This document shows, piece by piece, positions 40,812-54,000 of a stretch of 64,000 nucleotides of DNA. Position 1 is the first letter of the stretch; each line of letters begins with the position of its first letter. This stretch comes from Priapulus caudatus (lineage: Eukaryota), in contig NW_014577092.1 in NCBI RefSeq assembly GCF_000485595.1, positions 646,190 to 710,189 of the forward strand, in the 5' to 3' direction. Both the position numbers and the translations under genes were made by a program. The notes below the pieces were generated by a model. It had not been told where the DNA came from. It saw nothing but the letters and a program-made list of their open reading frames with translations, and searched no databases.

Positions 40812-43800
40812 CTATAGGACTAGACTAGGAGATTGCCGTCTGCTTGCTTATTTATGACTTTTGTCTCTGTGTCTGGCTTCGGACTTGATGATCATTTGTC
40901 TCAGCAGCGGTTAGCGAGCAATGTTCCTCGCCAGCAAGAGTCAGACGTGGTGACATGTAGGAAGTGGAATGTAGGACAATCATGATGGACGGAGCGCGCC
41001 ATGCGATAAACTACTTGCGTGAATTACACTGACACAAATCAGGGTTGGTTTACACACATACGCACGCTCGCATATACGAACGAACGAACGCACGCACGCA
41101 CAGACGCACGCACGTGTAAACACATATAAGTAACCACACAAGTTACATCCGGGCTACCGAACGTCATTTCCCTTGGCACTATTACAGGAGTACATGACGT
41201 GGAGATATATCTTCATGATAGATTGATATTATGTGGGCATCATTTACCCCTGGTTATATTGCACACAAACGCAAACAACGTACTCCACAACCCTCACGCA
41301 CGCTGCTGATTATCACTTCTTGCAATTGACACACGAGTTCCTAATTTAACTTTTTAATGAACGTTAATTAACATCTGTGACCCGCTCCAGCATAATACGG
41401 ACTAAGTCGCAAGTCATTGTTTTGAGTAATGATGTTTCATGTTGCTATTATTGTATATAAGTAGGAATTACCAAATGCCATTATAAAGTCATTTTGTGCG
41501 GCAAAAGGATGAAATTAAATGTTAAGTGTAGTTATGTTAAACGAATTGTCGCTCCTCAGAAATGTGACATTCCACGCTAAACAATTTCTATCGCAAAATA
41601 TATAATTACTAACAATTAGCAATCGTTTTGTGGTGCACTTTACGCAATGTGGTGTATTGCGTGATTATACCTTGAATGTTAACTATCTTGTATGACACTC
41701 TCTTGTCCGCCCTTCCTCTGTATTATCACCCGACGGCCGTCTACATCTATCTTCGTCCCTTATCTGTATTTACTCCGTGTCGCTGTCTTGTGCGTGCTTT
41801 ACTCTTCTTCGTCTCTCTCAGGCATGTTCCTGTGCTCGGAATTTGCGGATTCATTGCTTCACTCTTCGGTCTTCCGCGCACATTTCTATTCGCGTCGGAC
41901 ATCTGCGTGCTTCAACGGACAGCTGTTCGTCGTCAGTGTGACGTGCGCGAGGAGCTCTCAGGTCTGCTCAATCGAAGCTGCATGTCGCGCGTGCCCGTCC
42001 TGCTTCGACAATTAGCTGGCGGCAGGGAGAACCGTATGCTTGGATCAAGATCGTCTCGGCGACTGTACTACTGGTCTGCGGTATATCCTGTAGAGCGCGT
42101 TACCGACAGCGGCCGCATGCTGGATCGAGAGTGGGCCTCGACGGATGAAATCGCGCCATTCGTGCGTAAGATGGGGGTTCGGTAGGGCGTGGGTCAGCTT
42201 CTATGGCACGTGAGATGGGCGCGAACTGTGTATGACGCATCGAGTAAGTGGTGCGGTAGGGTCGTGGCCGTCAGTCTATGGGCAGCGAGGTCTGGGCCTC
42301 GACGTGATCCGTCGCCATCGCGGTTAATGATGGTGCGGGGGGGGGTGCGCAGCGGGCGGTCTATGGGCTGAGAATGTCCCTCGACGTGTTCGCCTTGCCA
42401 TGCGTATCGCGCGACTGGGTGTGGGTGGGAGCGTGTTCAGTGTATGGTAACGAGGTGCAGCCTCGTACGTTGAGAGTCCTATTCGTGATGTAATGCGACC
42501 GGGGTGGAGAAGCGGAGAATAGGAGGAAGGGGTGAGGAAGAAGGAGATAAGGGAGCCGGAGATATGGGGAGAGTGTTGAGAGCAGATGAGATACGTCGTG
42601 TCCTGCGTAAGCGCGGAAATAGGCGTAATGTAGATGACAATTGACGAGCTCGCGTTGTAAGCCTGCAGTGACAGGAAGCGACAGAGGTGAAGTGCCAGCG
42701 GTTGTGGTCTGTAAGGCTAGATTGTCTTAAAAGAGTGATGGCCTATAGAAATGTAACGCATTGTAAGCGTGCGTGGTTCGCGGTTAGTTGTTAGAGCACG
42801 GTGGATCTACAAACCTGATGAGGATGCAGCATGAACGGGTTGCGTCAGACTGTTGTCTAGTGTTCAGGCTAAGAAGTTATGGCAGCACGTTAGTTATAGG
42901 CCGTAGCCTGACGGGGGAGATATGATTTTGGAGCCAAAATATAAAAAAAAGATATATAAGCATTCTACTGCAGAATGAGAATTGTCGTAAGTCATTGAAT
43001 GAAAGCTGATACATTGTAATCAAGTGCTCAAAGTACTCCACATATCTCCTGGCTATCTTAGCATTTTTTTTAAATTTCTTTTGAGTACTGTCAGACGCCC
43101 TTCTCCAAGGCCCCTCCTTGAAATCCTGATCCAGCACTACCTCACCCCCCACTTAGAAGTTTGCTCCCGCCTATCGGCCGCGTCTATAACGCGGGCTGGG
43201 GCGAAGAGTTAGATAATAAGCGTAGAGAGATCTCGCTAATATTACGGAGTAATCCGTTCGTGCTGTACCGTCGTAGCCTGCGTCAAATGTAGATGATATG
43301 CTTGGAATACTTTCAATTTATAACTGAATCCCAAAGCGTGGTATAGTAGTGGCGTATTGTTATGTGTTGTGTATGGGGGCTGTATCAGGGTTTGGCAAAT
43401 GGGGGGGGGCGGGGGGGGGGGGCGCGGGGGCGGCGGGGGGGGGGGGGGGGGGGGTGGGGCAGGGGATGGGGGGGGGGGGCTCTAGCGCGTGGTGAGTATG
43501 CGCAATCAGTGAATCACACGGTGATTTGAAATTGGCGCCTAGCGTCAATCATTAGATAGTAGAAATTGGACATCGTTGTGTCATATATAGACGGCTAATA
43601 AGGGGATAGTTTAGGTATTATCAGCGGTGGTCGAACATTCGTATGACTATGACTGCGGAGACAATGTGTCATGCGTGAATATACCTATAATATATTGATA
43701 GTATAATAAAATGTATGTAATATATATAATATATACATATATTATTGTGTGGTGTGTGTGTGTGTTGTGGTTGCGTGTCGTGTGGCGTGTGCGGAGTGGC

Positions 43801-45322
43801 GGGTGGCGTGTTGCGTGTGCGTGTGCGTGTGCGTGTGCGTTGTGCGTGTGCCGTGTGCGGTTGTGCGGTGTGTGTGTATGTGTGGTGGTAGGGTAAGTGA
43901 ATCATTAGGTGATATTGTGCAGTCGATACATGTCCGTTTATGTACTGCGCAAACATACTGTGTACCGTGTAACCAAGTGGGGTTTCTCTTCAATTAGCAT
44001 TACGTTTTGTCGCGTCAATGACTTATCACGGTGGCTGCGCCGACGTTGTGCCCATAATTATTCTATGGATACTCTCAGGGAGCGCACGTGAGACGTAAGG
44101 GGACTTCCGGCATGCGTAAGTACCGCATTAGGAGATTGCACTATTATGTGGGTGCAAGAGGGTAGTAGAGACAATAGATCGTAGTTAGTGGCCGAGGCTG
44201 CAAGGATAAACTACTCTCTCAATTACAGCGTAGTTATGTCAATGGGTCAATACAGAGCGCATTAGTAGTCAGTTCACACGAAGTTCGCGCGGATGCTGCT
44301 GTATGTGCTGGCTGTGCACTGTTGCTGTATCAATATCGTCATACTGATTCTTATGGCCGGGGTGGAAGTGGGAATTGTAAAAATAAAATAAAATGAATTG
44401 ATAGACGCTCTATATTTGCACCTTTAGGTATCTGATCGGCACGTTAATTTACATTCGAATGTATAATGAAGTCTTGTCAGTAACTTGATGTTGCTTATAT
44501 TTGAGCATGTCAAAAGAATGATAATAAGCTATTGTTATAGTGAATCATTGACATTATAATTCATTCATTTGCACAATAAGGAATATTTTATTGTCAACTC
44601 TTGTATTATGACTAGGGAATTCAGCTCATCAGAATATCAAATTGCACTTTTCGTGACAAAGTTAGAAGGTTTGTTTCAATAATAATATTAAAAGGAAGGA
44701 AAATGTACAGGAGGTTTATAGGATTATTTGTAATGATAAAAAGGTTCTCTTTATTTTCTTTATTTGGCCTAGGGTAGAAAGTGGAATTTAAAAAATAAAA
44801 AATAAAATAAGAAATAATTAAAGTAAATAAGAGCCTATATATTTGCACCTTTTTATGGTATCATTCACTACGTATCTCCATATGCAGCGTACGGTCCTCC
44901 ACAACACTTGATTACACCGCGGAGAGGCATATAACCATAGACAATTAATATGATAAACCATATATTATATATTAGATATATATATATGATATTATATAAT
45001 ATATATTGTAACACATGGGATATGCTATTATTTCTATTATATAAAAACAGACAGCGGAGCGGAGGCGTAGCGGTTTTTTGGCTTCCTAAAATGTGCGGAC
45101 GTCCGTCTTCCGTTGCGTAACTACATCGTCATTGCACGTGATTTCGGAGAGTGGTCGCTATAGTAATAGTGATTTTCTGTATGGAGAGTTGCAGAGTGAT
45201 TGCTGCTGACGCGCCTATCCTCGGGCAATTGATGACAGCGATGTGATCATTAGATGTGACTCGCTGTTGCGCGTGCGTGCGATTATGTTTTGGGCTGTTC
45301 GTGCGTGTGTGTGTGTGCGTGT

Positions 45323-45366
<44 letters not shown>

Positions 45367-47991
45367 GGTGTTCGTGTTGTGTGCTGTGTGTTGTGTGTGT
45401 GTGTGTGGTGATGTGTGGTGTGTCGTGTGTGTGTTGTGCTGTGTGTGTGTGTGTGCGTGCGTACGTGCGATGTGGTGTGGGTGCGTGTGTGTGCTGTGTG
45501 GTGCGTGGCCGGGCGCGCGTGAATGGCGTGCGTAAGTTAGTGCGTGCTGGCGTGCTGCGTGTTCTGCGGGTGTGTGCCGGCGTGTGTAGCGTGCGTTGTG
45601 GCCGGTGCGCGCCGTGAATGCGTTGCGTATATAAGTGCGTGCGCGGGCGTGGTGTGTGCAGCGCCGGCGTGAGTGCACTGTGTGATGCGTGCGTTGCGTG
45701 CGTGTTGTGGTGGCGAAGCTGTTTAGCGATATAAACCGAGTAAGCAGGTGGCGCCAGCTCTGTTTCTCCAACAGTCATATAACGCGATATTATGTATGCG
45801 GCCTACGCTTATATATGTATGTATATTATATGTTATCAGAAGTAGAATATTCAGGGAGAGGAGTGTGATTTAATAAACCAAGGGAACTTCGTCATTTGAC
45901 TAGCCATTTAGAATACCTGACGATTTTAACTACGGTAACCAAACAAACTTGAGCTTCAAATCGTCACAGTAACATTCGCCTAGCATTCATTCGCGCCTGA
46001 GATTGGAGCTGAGAGGTGCTGGCTGATTGCGGTAGGGCGTGGCATGCGTGGGTATTACCAGCTGTAAACTAGTCAAAGATTAAGCTCGTCCGGAGTGTGT
46101 GCGTGTGTCCAATTCCAAGGCGAGCCACACCTGCATCGGGCGAGGGCGCAAAGAGTCCCAAGAGTTCGTTAGTAGCTGCCCTATGTCTCTAGAGTTAGGG
46201 CGGGTTATGGAGTCGATTCCTGGCAATCAGAATGGAGAATCAGTGTGGTACGTTTTAGACTGTACCTCCGGATGCGGGTGTATACTAACGAACGTTTCGC
46301 ACGATGCCTAGCGAATGTCCTGTGTACGATTTGAGCTAAGTTGGTTGAGTTACCGCGTAGAAATTCGCAAGGTATTCTAAGGCTATTAAATGAAGAATGA
46401 TTCCCTTATCTATTACTACACTGCCTTCTCTATTAATCTACTCTGATTATGTATATAATAGTATGTTATATATAATCGGCCGCTAGGACTTGCGATTTAA
46501 GGGCGGTATATTTTTTCCGTCGTGACGGGTGTAGATGCATTAGGCTTGATGCACAAGACTAGATGTGTGAGTCACGGCGATTATCGGCTGCGGGATTACG
46601 CGGTACTGGCTGAGTGGGAGTGAACCAAAAAAAACCACAAATGAAGTTATTCCGTCGAACGATGTTGGTCGATTTTGTCATTGTGTTGATGTTGCGTAGT
46701 CGTATGTAGTCGTGATATAGGGGGTCGTCATAGCAGCGAGCCGCTACCCTTTTGTAGCGACTATCTTAGCATTCTATTGTAGTCGTTAGTTATGGTTGTT
46801 CAAGCGACATCAGGACATGAACTGGAACCTCATTGCGAGTGTTGTTTGATATTGACAAGAACTTTTGCGCAATCACGAGAGAATGTTGCTCGAATGCTCT
46901 GGTTTGCTGTAAGTCTGGCGAGTGTTTAAATGTGATTAACGTATTGTGTTAAGTGAACGTAAGAAGGAGGTCGGTATAAACGTGGAGATACACCGTAGAA
47001 ACACGGACTAATCATTAAGTACATCGTTTCTGTAGTGTTTCGGCCGCGCGTTAGGCTCGAGCAAATACCCGGCAGGAGAGTATTTAGCGTTCGGTCTTTC
47101 TATTTTGTTGGTACTTCACGGTTTTTATAGCTTCGGCTGATACTTTGATGGCTCATGTGATCACACTCTGTGCGCGGCCTGCCATGTTTAGATCAACGGA
47201 ACGAATATAGGTGTTGTAACAACTAGAAGGCTTTCGCATACGGCAGCAAGCCGAATAAGCATCAAACAGAGAAATTAAGTTTAAAAATACTCAGGAAGAG
47301 TTCGTCGCATACAAACATATCTACATATTCATTTGTGCAAATAACACAGATTTAAGCTTCTATACCTCGCATCGAAACTTTCAGTAGTTCGGGTCCCCGT
47401 TTTAAAAACACAAAAATGGCACGACCGTCAACCAATGGCTACACCACCTTGAGCGGGATAGCAGCATATTACACGGCCACGGACATTCTACTTCGAATGC
47501 TTCTAGACGTCCACGAGCATCTACCTTGCGTGTCATAATGCAATAGTGTCAGTCTAGTTCAAGAATTTCGTACCTGCAAAAAAAATTCTATAGAATGCTT
47601 TGCCAGAGACAGGGAGGCGTGCTTGGTCCGTGATCGGGGAAAAGTCCAACGGTGTACAGGTTTACGGATGGTACCGTTGTGTGCCACCATTAATACGTTT
47701 CCATTTGCGCTTGGCATTTTATATTTCGTTCATATTTCGACAGCTTTTCAATAACCGCGCCAGCATTCTCGCATTACAATCACGTCTAGTAGAGACATAT
47801 TCGTCGCTGAGAAGTTTTTTGGATGTGCGGTCATTTGTCGGAGGGTCCCCTACTGCAGTGGTTAATCGTTGCCGCGTCTGCATCTTAAAGCGGTTAACAC
47901 TACTGACGTTTGTGTTGCTCCGAATTGGACTCAACATCGCCAACTATATACAACGCGACAATCGGCAGTGAAAAAAAAAAAAAAGAAAAAC

Positions 47992-48022
<31 letters not shown>

Positions 48023-51000
48023 AACGCAAAAGATGGCGCGAACAACGATAGAGAGCAACATATTACTTCACTGATGCAATCGATTGCTCGAATTCTAAAA
48101 TGTTCCTGACAATTCGCTCACATAAATCGGTAGTGTAAACTAGCTTACAACAGAGCCCGCTTATTTCCCGCCGTCTCCGCAGTAGAGCCTGGAGTGTTTC
48201 TGCTTCTGCTTTTTTCTTTCAATTCGTTCAATCGCATGAATGGATGCGCTGATAGGATTGTCTGGGTCTTAGGCGCAAGCGATATGAGAACGCCTGTTCT
48301 GCTAGATCTATACAAATACGACATACGCATCATACCGTCGTCTCTATTACACTAAAGTTGTCATAGAGCAAGATTCTTCCTATGACAAATATTGTGTGTA
48401 TGGTTGTGGGCATCATAGTTAGTTTAGCGAGGCGCTATTATGAGTAAAGTGCATTTTCAGGCTGTAAAAGGGAACGAAGTCTGACATCGGCAATGATTGT
48501 GATAGGAAGAATGCTGTTCTCTGACAAATAGTGTCATAGAAGCGTATATGCGTATTCGTATTTGTCAAGATTTAGCAGAACATGCTCGCACTAACGCGTG
48601 TAGGTAGCTGCTCCCTCTGCTGTCAGCTGCCTGTCGCAGCGTTTGTTGGTTGTAAAGCCGCTCGCACACGTGAGTAATTTACTCCAGTAAAATTCATCAT
48701 GCGTCAAAATACTTGTGCTCGCTAGCTGCGTAATCTAGCTCCAACACTGGTTACTCACAGCGCATGCGTTTAAAATCATTGTGCTGGCGCACCAGTATTG
48801 GTCTGACGCACAAGTCACGTGATCCTGGCATTACCACTTAACCTTGAGTAATTCTCTACGTGGGGCAGCGCGCTGAACAATATTTCGTCGTGAGTTATTC
48901 TTGACGCATGCGTCATTTAACTGTGAGTAAAAATACTCACGTGGTCGCCGGGCCTTTAGAGTGGGATTGCAAACCACTACGTTGTCCTCCTCCAGCTCAT
49001 TTTGCTAAGCCTCGAGACCGAATATACGGTCACGGGCTAGATCTTCGAACTTCTTGTATCTTCATATTTTTAATTAGGTATAATAATTTATACGACCAGT
49101 CGAGAACGCATGCGGAGAGCTCGAGTAGAAAGTCCTTTGTTCTTTTCGGTCGTCGGCGTTGGTTAGGAACATGTATGTTGTATTCGAGAAAAACTTTAGA
49201 AGAGAAATTTTATGTGTGGTTTGTCTGGTGGCTAGCCTGCCATGCACGCTACGCTATCGGTGCTATTTCGGATGGTGATTTTCATCAAATATTCACATTA
49301 GTATTGAAAATTAATTATTCGACGTAATAAGATCGCAGATTGGCTAGCTTGTTTTTCCTAATAGGCATGCGCAGATCGACAGAAATCGCTATTACTGGGG
49401 GGGCATCACGGTTGTGCAACTTAAAGTGCTACATATTCGCATTCAATTACGCTAATTCTCCGAGTACTCGATAGCAAATACTTACGTGTCATTGGCATAT
49501 TCATACAACCTTATGGCAAAAATAAACTCTAGTTCTCACATTTCACTGCGCGTGGTCTCATAAAAGGTTATTTTGAAATACCTCCAATGTGTTGAAATCT
49601 CTCACGTGTTGTTGACAGTTCCCCTTAATCCCCAGCAACCGTGGCAGCGGGCGGCGGTACAGCGTACGGGCGCAGCAAGATAAAAACATGACGTCACGTC
49701 ACCAGTTCGAAGGGCTTTTGTTTGGAACAGTCGCGTTTTGCGCCAGAATGCAGTTCTCACCGTCTTCTCTTGTGGTTTTAATAGCATAAACCGCAGTGAA
49801 ATGGGAGCAACTAGAGTTTATATTTGTCATAAGGTGTGATTTTGCATGACACGAAGTATTGCTAGCTAGTACTGGAGAAATTAGCGTTTGGATGGCGATT
49901 GTGAGCTCTTAATAAGTAGATTTCATCTCGACGGGCAGAGTTGTACAGCGTCGCATGATAATTTTCCATATGCGGAGTATTTTACCCGATGTACCCATGG
50001 TTTTGCAAAACTGCGCGTCGTAGTCAAATGTGACCGCTCCAGCAAAACCAGGATTAAGTAGGAAATTCTACATTGAGTTATGTGCATATCTGAATAGATC
50101 ATTTAATTACCCTTTAAAATGATATATAATATTTGGCTATATCTAAAGAATTGACCGATCTACAGCAATTTGAAGATCGGAAACACGACTTATTCGGAAT
50201 AATGCAGCTTTTGAGATTAAAGCGTTCTGGGATGAGCGGGATGAGCGGATCTGGGGCCCAGTCGGGGATGAAGCGGTCAGGGGCAGGTCAAAAAAAATAA
50301 TTAAAATTAAAAATGCCATAATAATCTAAGATATCTGAAACCTATATATCGGTTAAAATAGCACTTAGGAATTGTTTTTTGTAAAAATCTCATTTTGTCG
50401 CAGGTAGGCCATTTTTCAGCATTGACATGTGTGCGTGCCTNNNNNNNNNNNNNNNNNNNNNNNNNATTATCTATATACTAGTATATATATATATATACAC
50501 TATATATATTGTTTACTATTATGGTTTTAGCCGCAAATTACCGGACATCACCCCCGGCATTACCGACAATTACCCCCGAGCATTTACCCTCATGCCTCCC
50601 AGCAATTACCGGCATTCCCGGGCACTACCCGGAATTACGCCCGCTATCACCCCCTGAATTACCCCCCGATGCCTTCATCCCCGGACAATTACCCTGGACA
50701 ATCCCGCCGGCATTTACCCCCCCGGCGCACCCTCCCGGATATCGGAATTTAGCCCCCCGGCAATTTACCGGACATTTAACCCGACAATCACCCGGAATTT
50801 ACCCCCCGGACATTTCCCCGGACAATTACCCCGGATTTACTCCCGGCATTTGAGGAGGCGTTAGGGGACGCGGACGGTTGTGGAGGGAGATGGGAGGAGG
50901 TAGAGAGCGTAGAGGAGGTGCAGGTGGTGCGTTGAGGAGGAGGAGAGGAGGAGGGAGAATGTGATGAGAGGAGGAGCAGGAGCTTAGGTTGAGCGCCTCT

Positions 51001-54000
51001 CTACCTCTTCCCTCCCCTATTCCTTCTCTCTTCCTCTCTCCTCCTCACTTCTCCCTCTCTCCCTCCTCACACCTTTCCCTCTTTCCCCTCCACCTTCCTC
51101 TCCTCCTCCTGCTCCTCCCATTTCTCCCCCTCTTGTCCGCCCCTCTCTCGTCCTCTCTCTCCCCACTTTCCCACGCTTTCTCTTCCTCTTCCTATCCTCC
51201 ACTCCTTCCTCTCTCTCTTTTCTCCTCCTCACCTGTCTCCTCCTCTCCTCTCACACTTTCACCACTTTCCTTATATATATATATATATATATAATTATAC
51301 GGCTGCTGATGCGTTGTCTCGTCATTCTATAGGCGTAGGCACGCAATCACGCATGCTTAGTTCCCAGGCTTCTGTGATTCTATTAGCTGACACCGACGCT
51401 AAACATTAACTCGCACTACTTTCGCTTCGTCTGGATTCTTTCGTTTTGAGCATGAGGTTTTTGTATTTACTTGATATATCATGTTAGCTGTGCACATAAC
51501 CACACTCGTGTGCGCGCGTGTCCGTGCGTGCGTGTGTGCGTGTGTGCGTGATGGTTGGTGTGTGCGAGCACGTGAGAGCGCGAGCGCCAGTCAATACTGT
51601 GGTACCTGTGTGTGTGTGAGTGTGTCTTTACTGCTGCCCTGGGCAGTCTCACTCCACTCAATAACTGTACTTTTGGACTCCTCACAAATAGACCACTCAC
51701 TCCGGTATTAGCGAGTAGAGTGAAGTTACCCTACCATGCTGGTTTATGCGCATGCTCTTTGCTTACCCAGGCAGTCTGCGCATGCTCTTTGCTTACCCAG
51801 GCAGTCTGTGCATGCTCTTTGCTTACCCAGGCAGTCTGCGCCTACTTTTTGCTTACCCAGGCAGTCCGCGCATGCGCTTTGCTTACCCAGGCAGTCTGCG
51901 CATGCTTTTTGCTTACCCAGGCAGTCTACGCATGCTCTTTGCTTACCCAAACAGTCGGTGCATGCTTTTTGCTTACACAGGCAGTCCGCGCCTGCTTTTT
52001 GCTTATCCAGGCAGTCTGCGCATGCTCTTCGCTTACCCAGGCAGTCTACGCATGCTCTTTGCTTACCCAGACAGTCTGCGCATGCTTTTTGCTTACCCAG
52101 GCAGTCTGCGCATGCTCTTTGCTTACCCAGGCAGTCTACGCATGCTCTTTGCTTACCCAGGCAGTCTTCGTATGCTTTTTGCTTACCCAGGCAGTGCGCG
52201 CCTGCGTTTTGCTTACCCAGGCAGTATGCGGTCATCCTCTTTGCTTACCGCCAGCAGTCGGCCCGGCATGCCCTGTGCTTCTACCCAGGCAGTCTTGGGT
52301 GAGTCTGCGCAAATGCTCTTTGCTTACGCCAGAGCAGTCTGCGCAATGCTCTCCTTGCTTACCCGAAGGGCAAAGTCTGCGCATCGCTCTCGCTTACTGC
52401 CAGCGCAAGTCCTACGCATGCTCGTTTGCTACTCAGGCAGTCCTGCGGCAGATTTTTGCTAACACCAGGCAGTGCGCGCCTGCGTTTTGCTTACCCCAGG
52501 GCAGTATCGCCAATGCTCTTGCCCTTACCCAGGCAGTGAGGCGCAGTTGATCTTCGTGCTTACCCAGGCAGTCTGCGTGAGTCTGCATGTCCGGTTGCTT
52601 TACAGGCAGTCTCGCATGCTTCCGTACAGGCAGTCCCGGCCTCTCATGTTGTTGGCGAGAGTGACGTCATTCGAACCAGACGTCCGAACTGCCACTTGGC
52701 GCCAGTCCGAGCACAGCCGCAGTCAGCGGCGTCCGCGTGCGATCCCACACCAATGTTCAACGCGCCACGCCGACCAGGTGCCTCGGTCGACCAGCCTCGC
52801 GAGCGGGAGTCGAGAAGGCGAACCATTAGGTGTTGCCGCGTTCAACGGTGATAACAGGCAGGTTGACTAAGCGCCGGGAACTTAAAGCTCGCGTGTTCAC
52901 AGTGAGATGAGAGGAGGTCCAAACCTATCACGAAGAGCGGGGGCGGGTGGGTGGGGTGGGAACCCACGTCCCGGTAGAGACGAGGGTAGGGCAACTGCAA
53001 CGCACGTGTGAAACCGTGAATAGTATATATAGTATGAGTCATGTGAGTGAATAGTATACATTAGCGTAATAGGACTCAAGACTAGAGGGATTCGGGGGTC
53101 GGCGTCTGCTTGCGTTATTTATGACTTTTGGTTCTTTCTGTGCTGGCTTCGACTGTATGATCATGTTGTCTCAGCAGCGTTAGCGAGCCAATGTTCCTCG
53201 CCAGCAAGAGAGTCAGACGTGGGCTGAGCTGGTAGGAAGGGTGGGACAGTGGTAGGACAATCATGATGGAGCCGAGGCGCGCAAATGCGATACAACCTAC
53301 TTGCCGTGAATACAACCTGCGCACACAAGCGATCCAGCGGGTTGGTTTCTACACACAATACGCACGCTCGGCAATATACGGAACGAACGAACGCACGTCC
53401 ACAGCCAGACAGCACCACGCAGCGTGGTGAAACACATATAAGTAACCAACACAAGTTTACATCCGGCTATCCGAGAACGTCATTTCCCTTGGCCACTTAT
53501 TACATGAGTACATGACGTGGGAGATATATCTTCACTTGTGGGCATCATTTAACCGCCTGGTTAATAATTGCACACGAAACGCGGAGAAAGCAACCGTTAA
53601 CTCCACAACGCCTCAACAGGGCACGCTGCTGCGATTTATCACTGTCTTGCAAAGGTTGACAGGCACGAGTTCCTAATTTAACTTTTAATGAAACGTTAAT
53701 TTAAGCGATCTGTGACACCGCTCCAAGCATAATACGGGGCGGGGCGGGCGCGACTAAGGTCGCAAGCCCTCATTGCCCTTTTAGCGTAACTGAGCCAACG
53801 CACACATGTCAATGCTGGAAAATGGCCTATAGCCTGGACAAAAATGAGAAAAGTGTGGGACAAAAAAAGTTCCTAAGTGCATATTGGTAACCGCGCATAT
53901 ATAGGTGGTCAGATACTCTCCTACGTGATTATTATGCATTATTTTGTAATTTTTAATTATTTTGTTTTTGACCTGCCCCCTGACGGCGCTTATCCCGACT

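Noticed and set aside
47970..48021. Poly-A tail of a retrocopy
   Set aside because: It lies in the noisy inverted duplicate, and the mirror locus near 56230-56245 has no such tract, so it is probably a read artefact.
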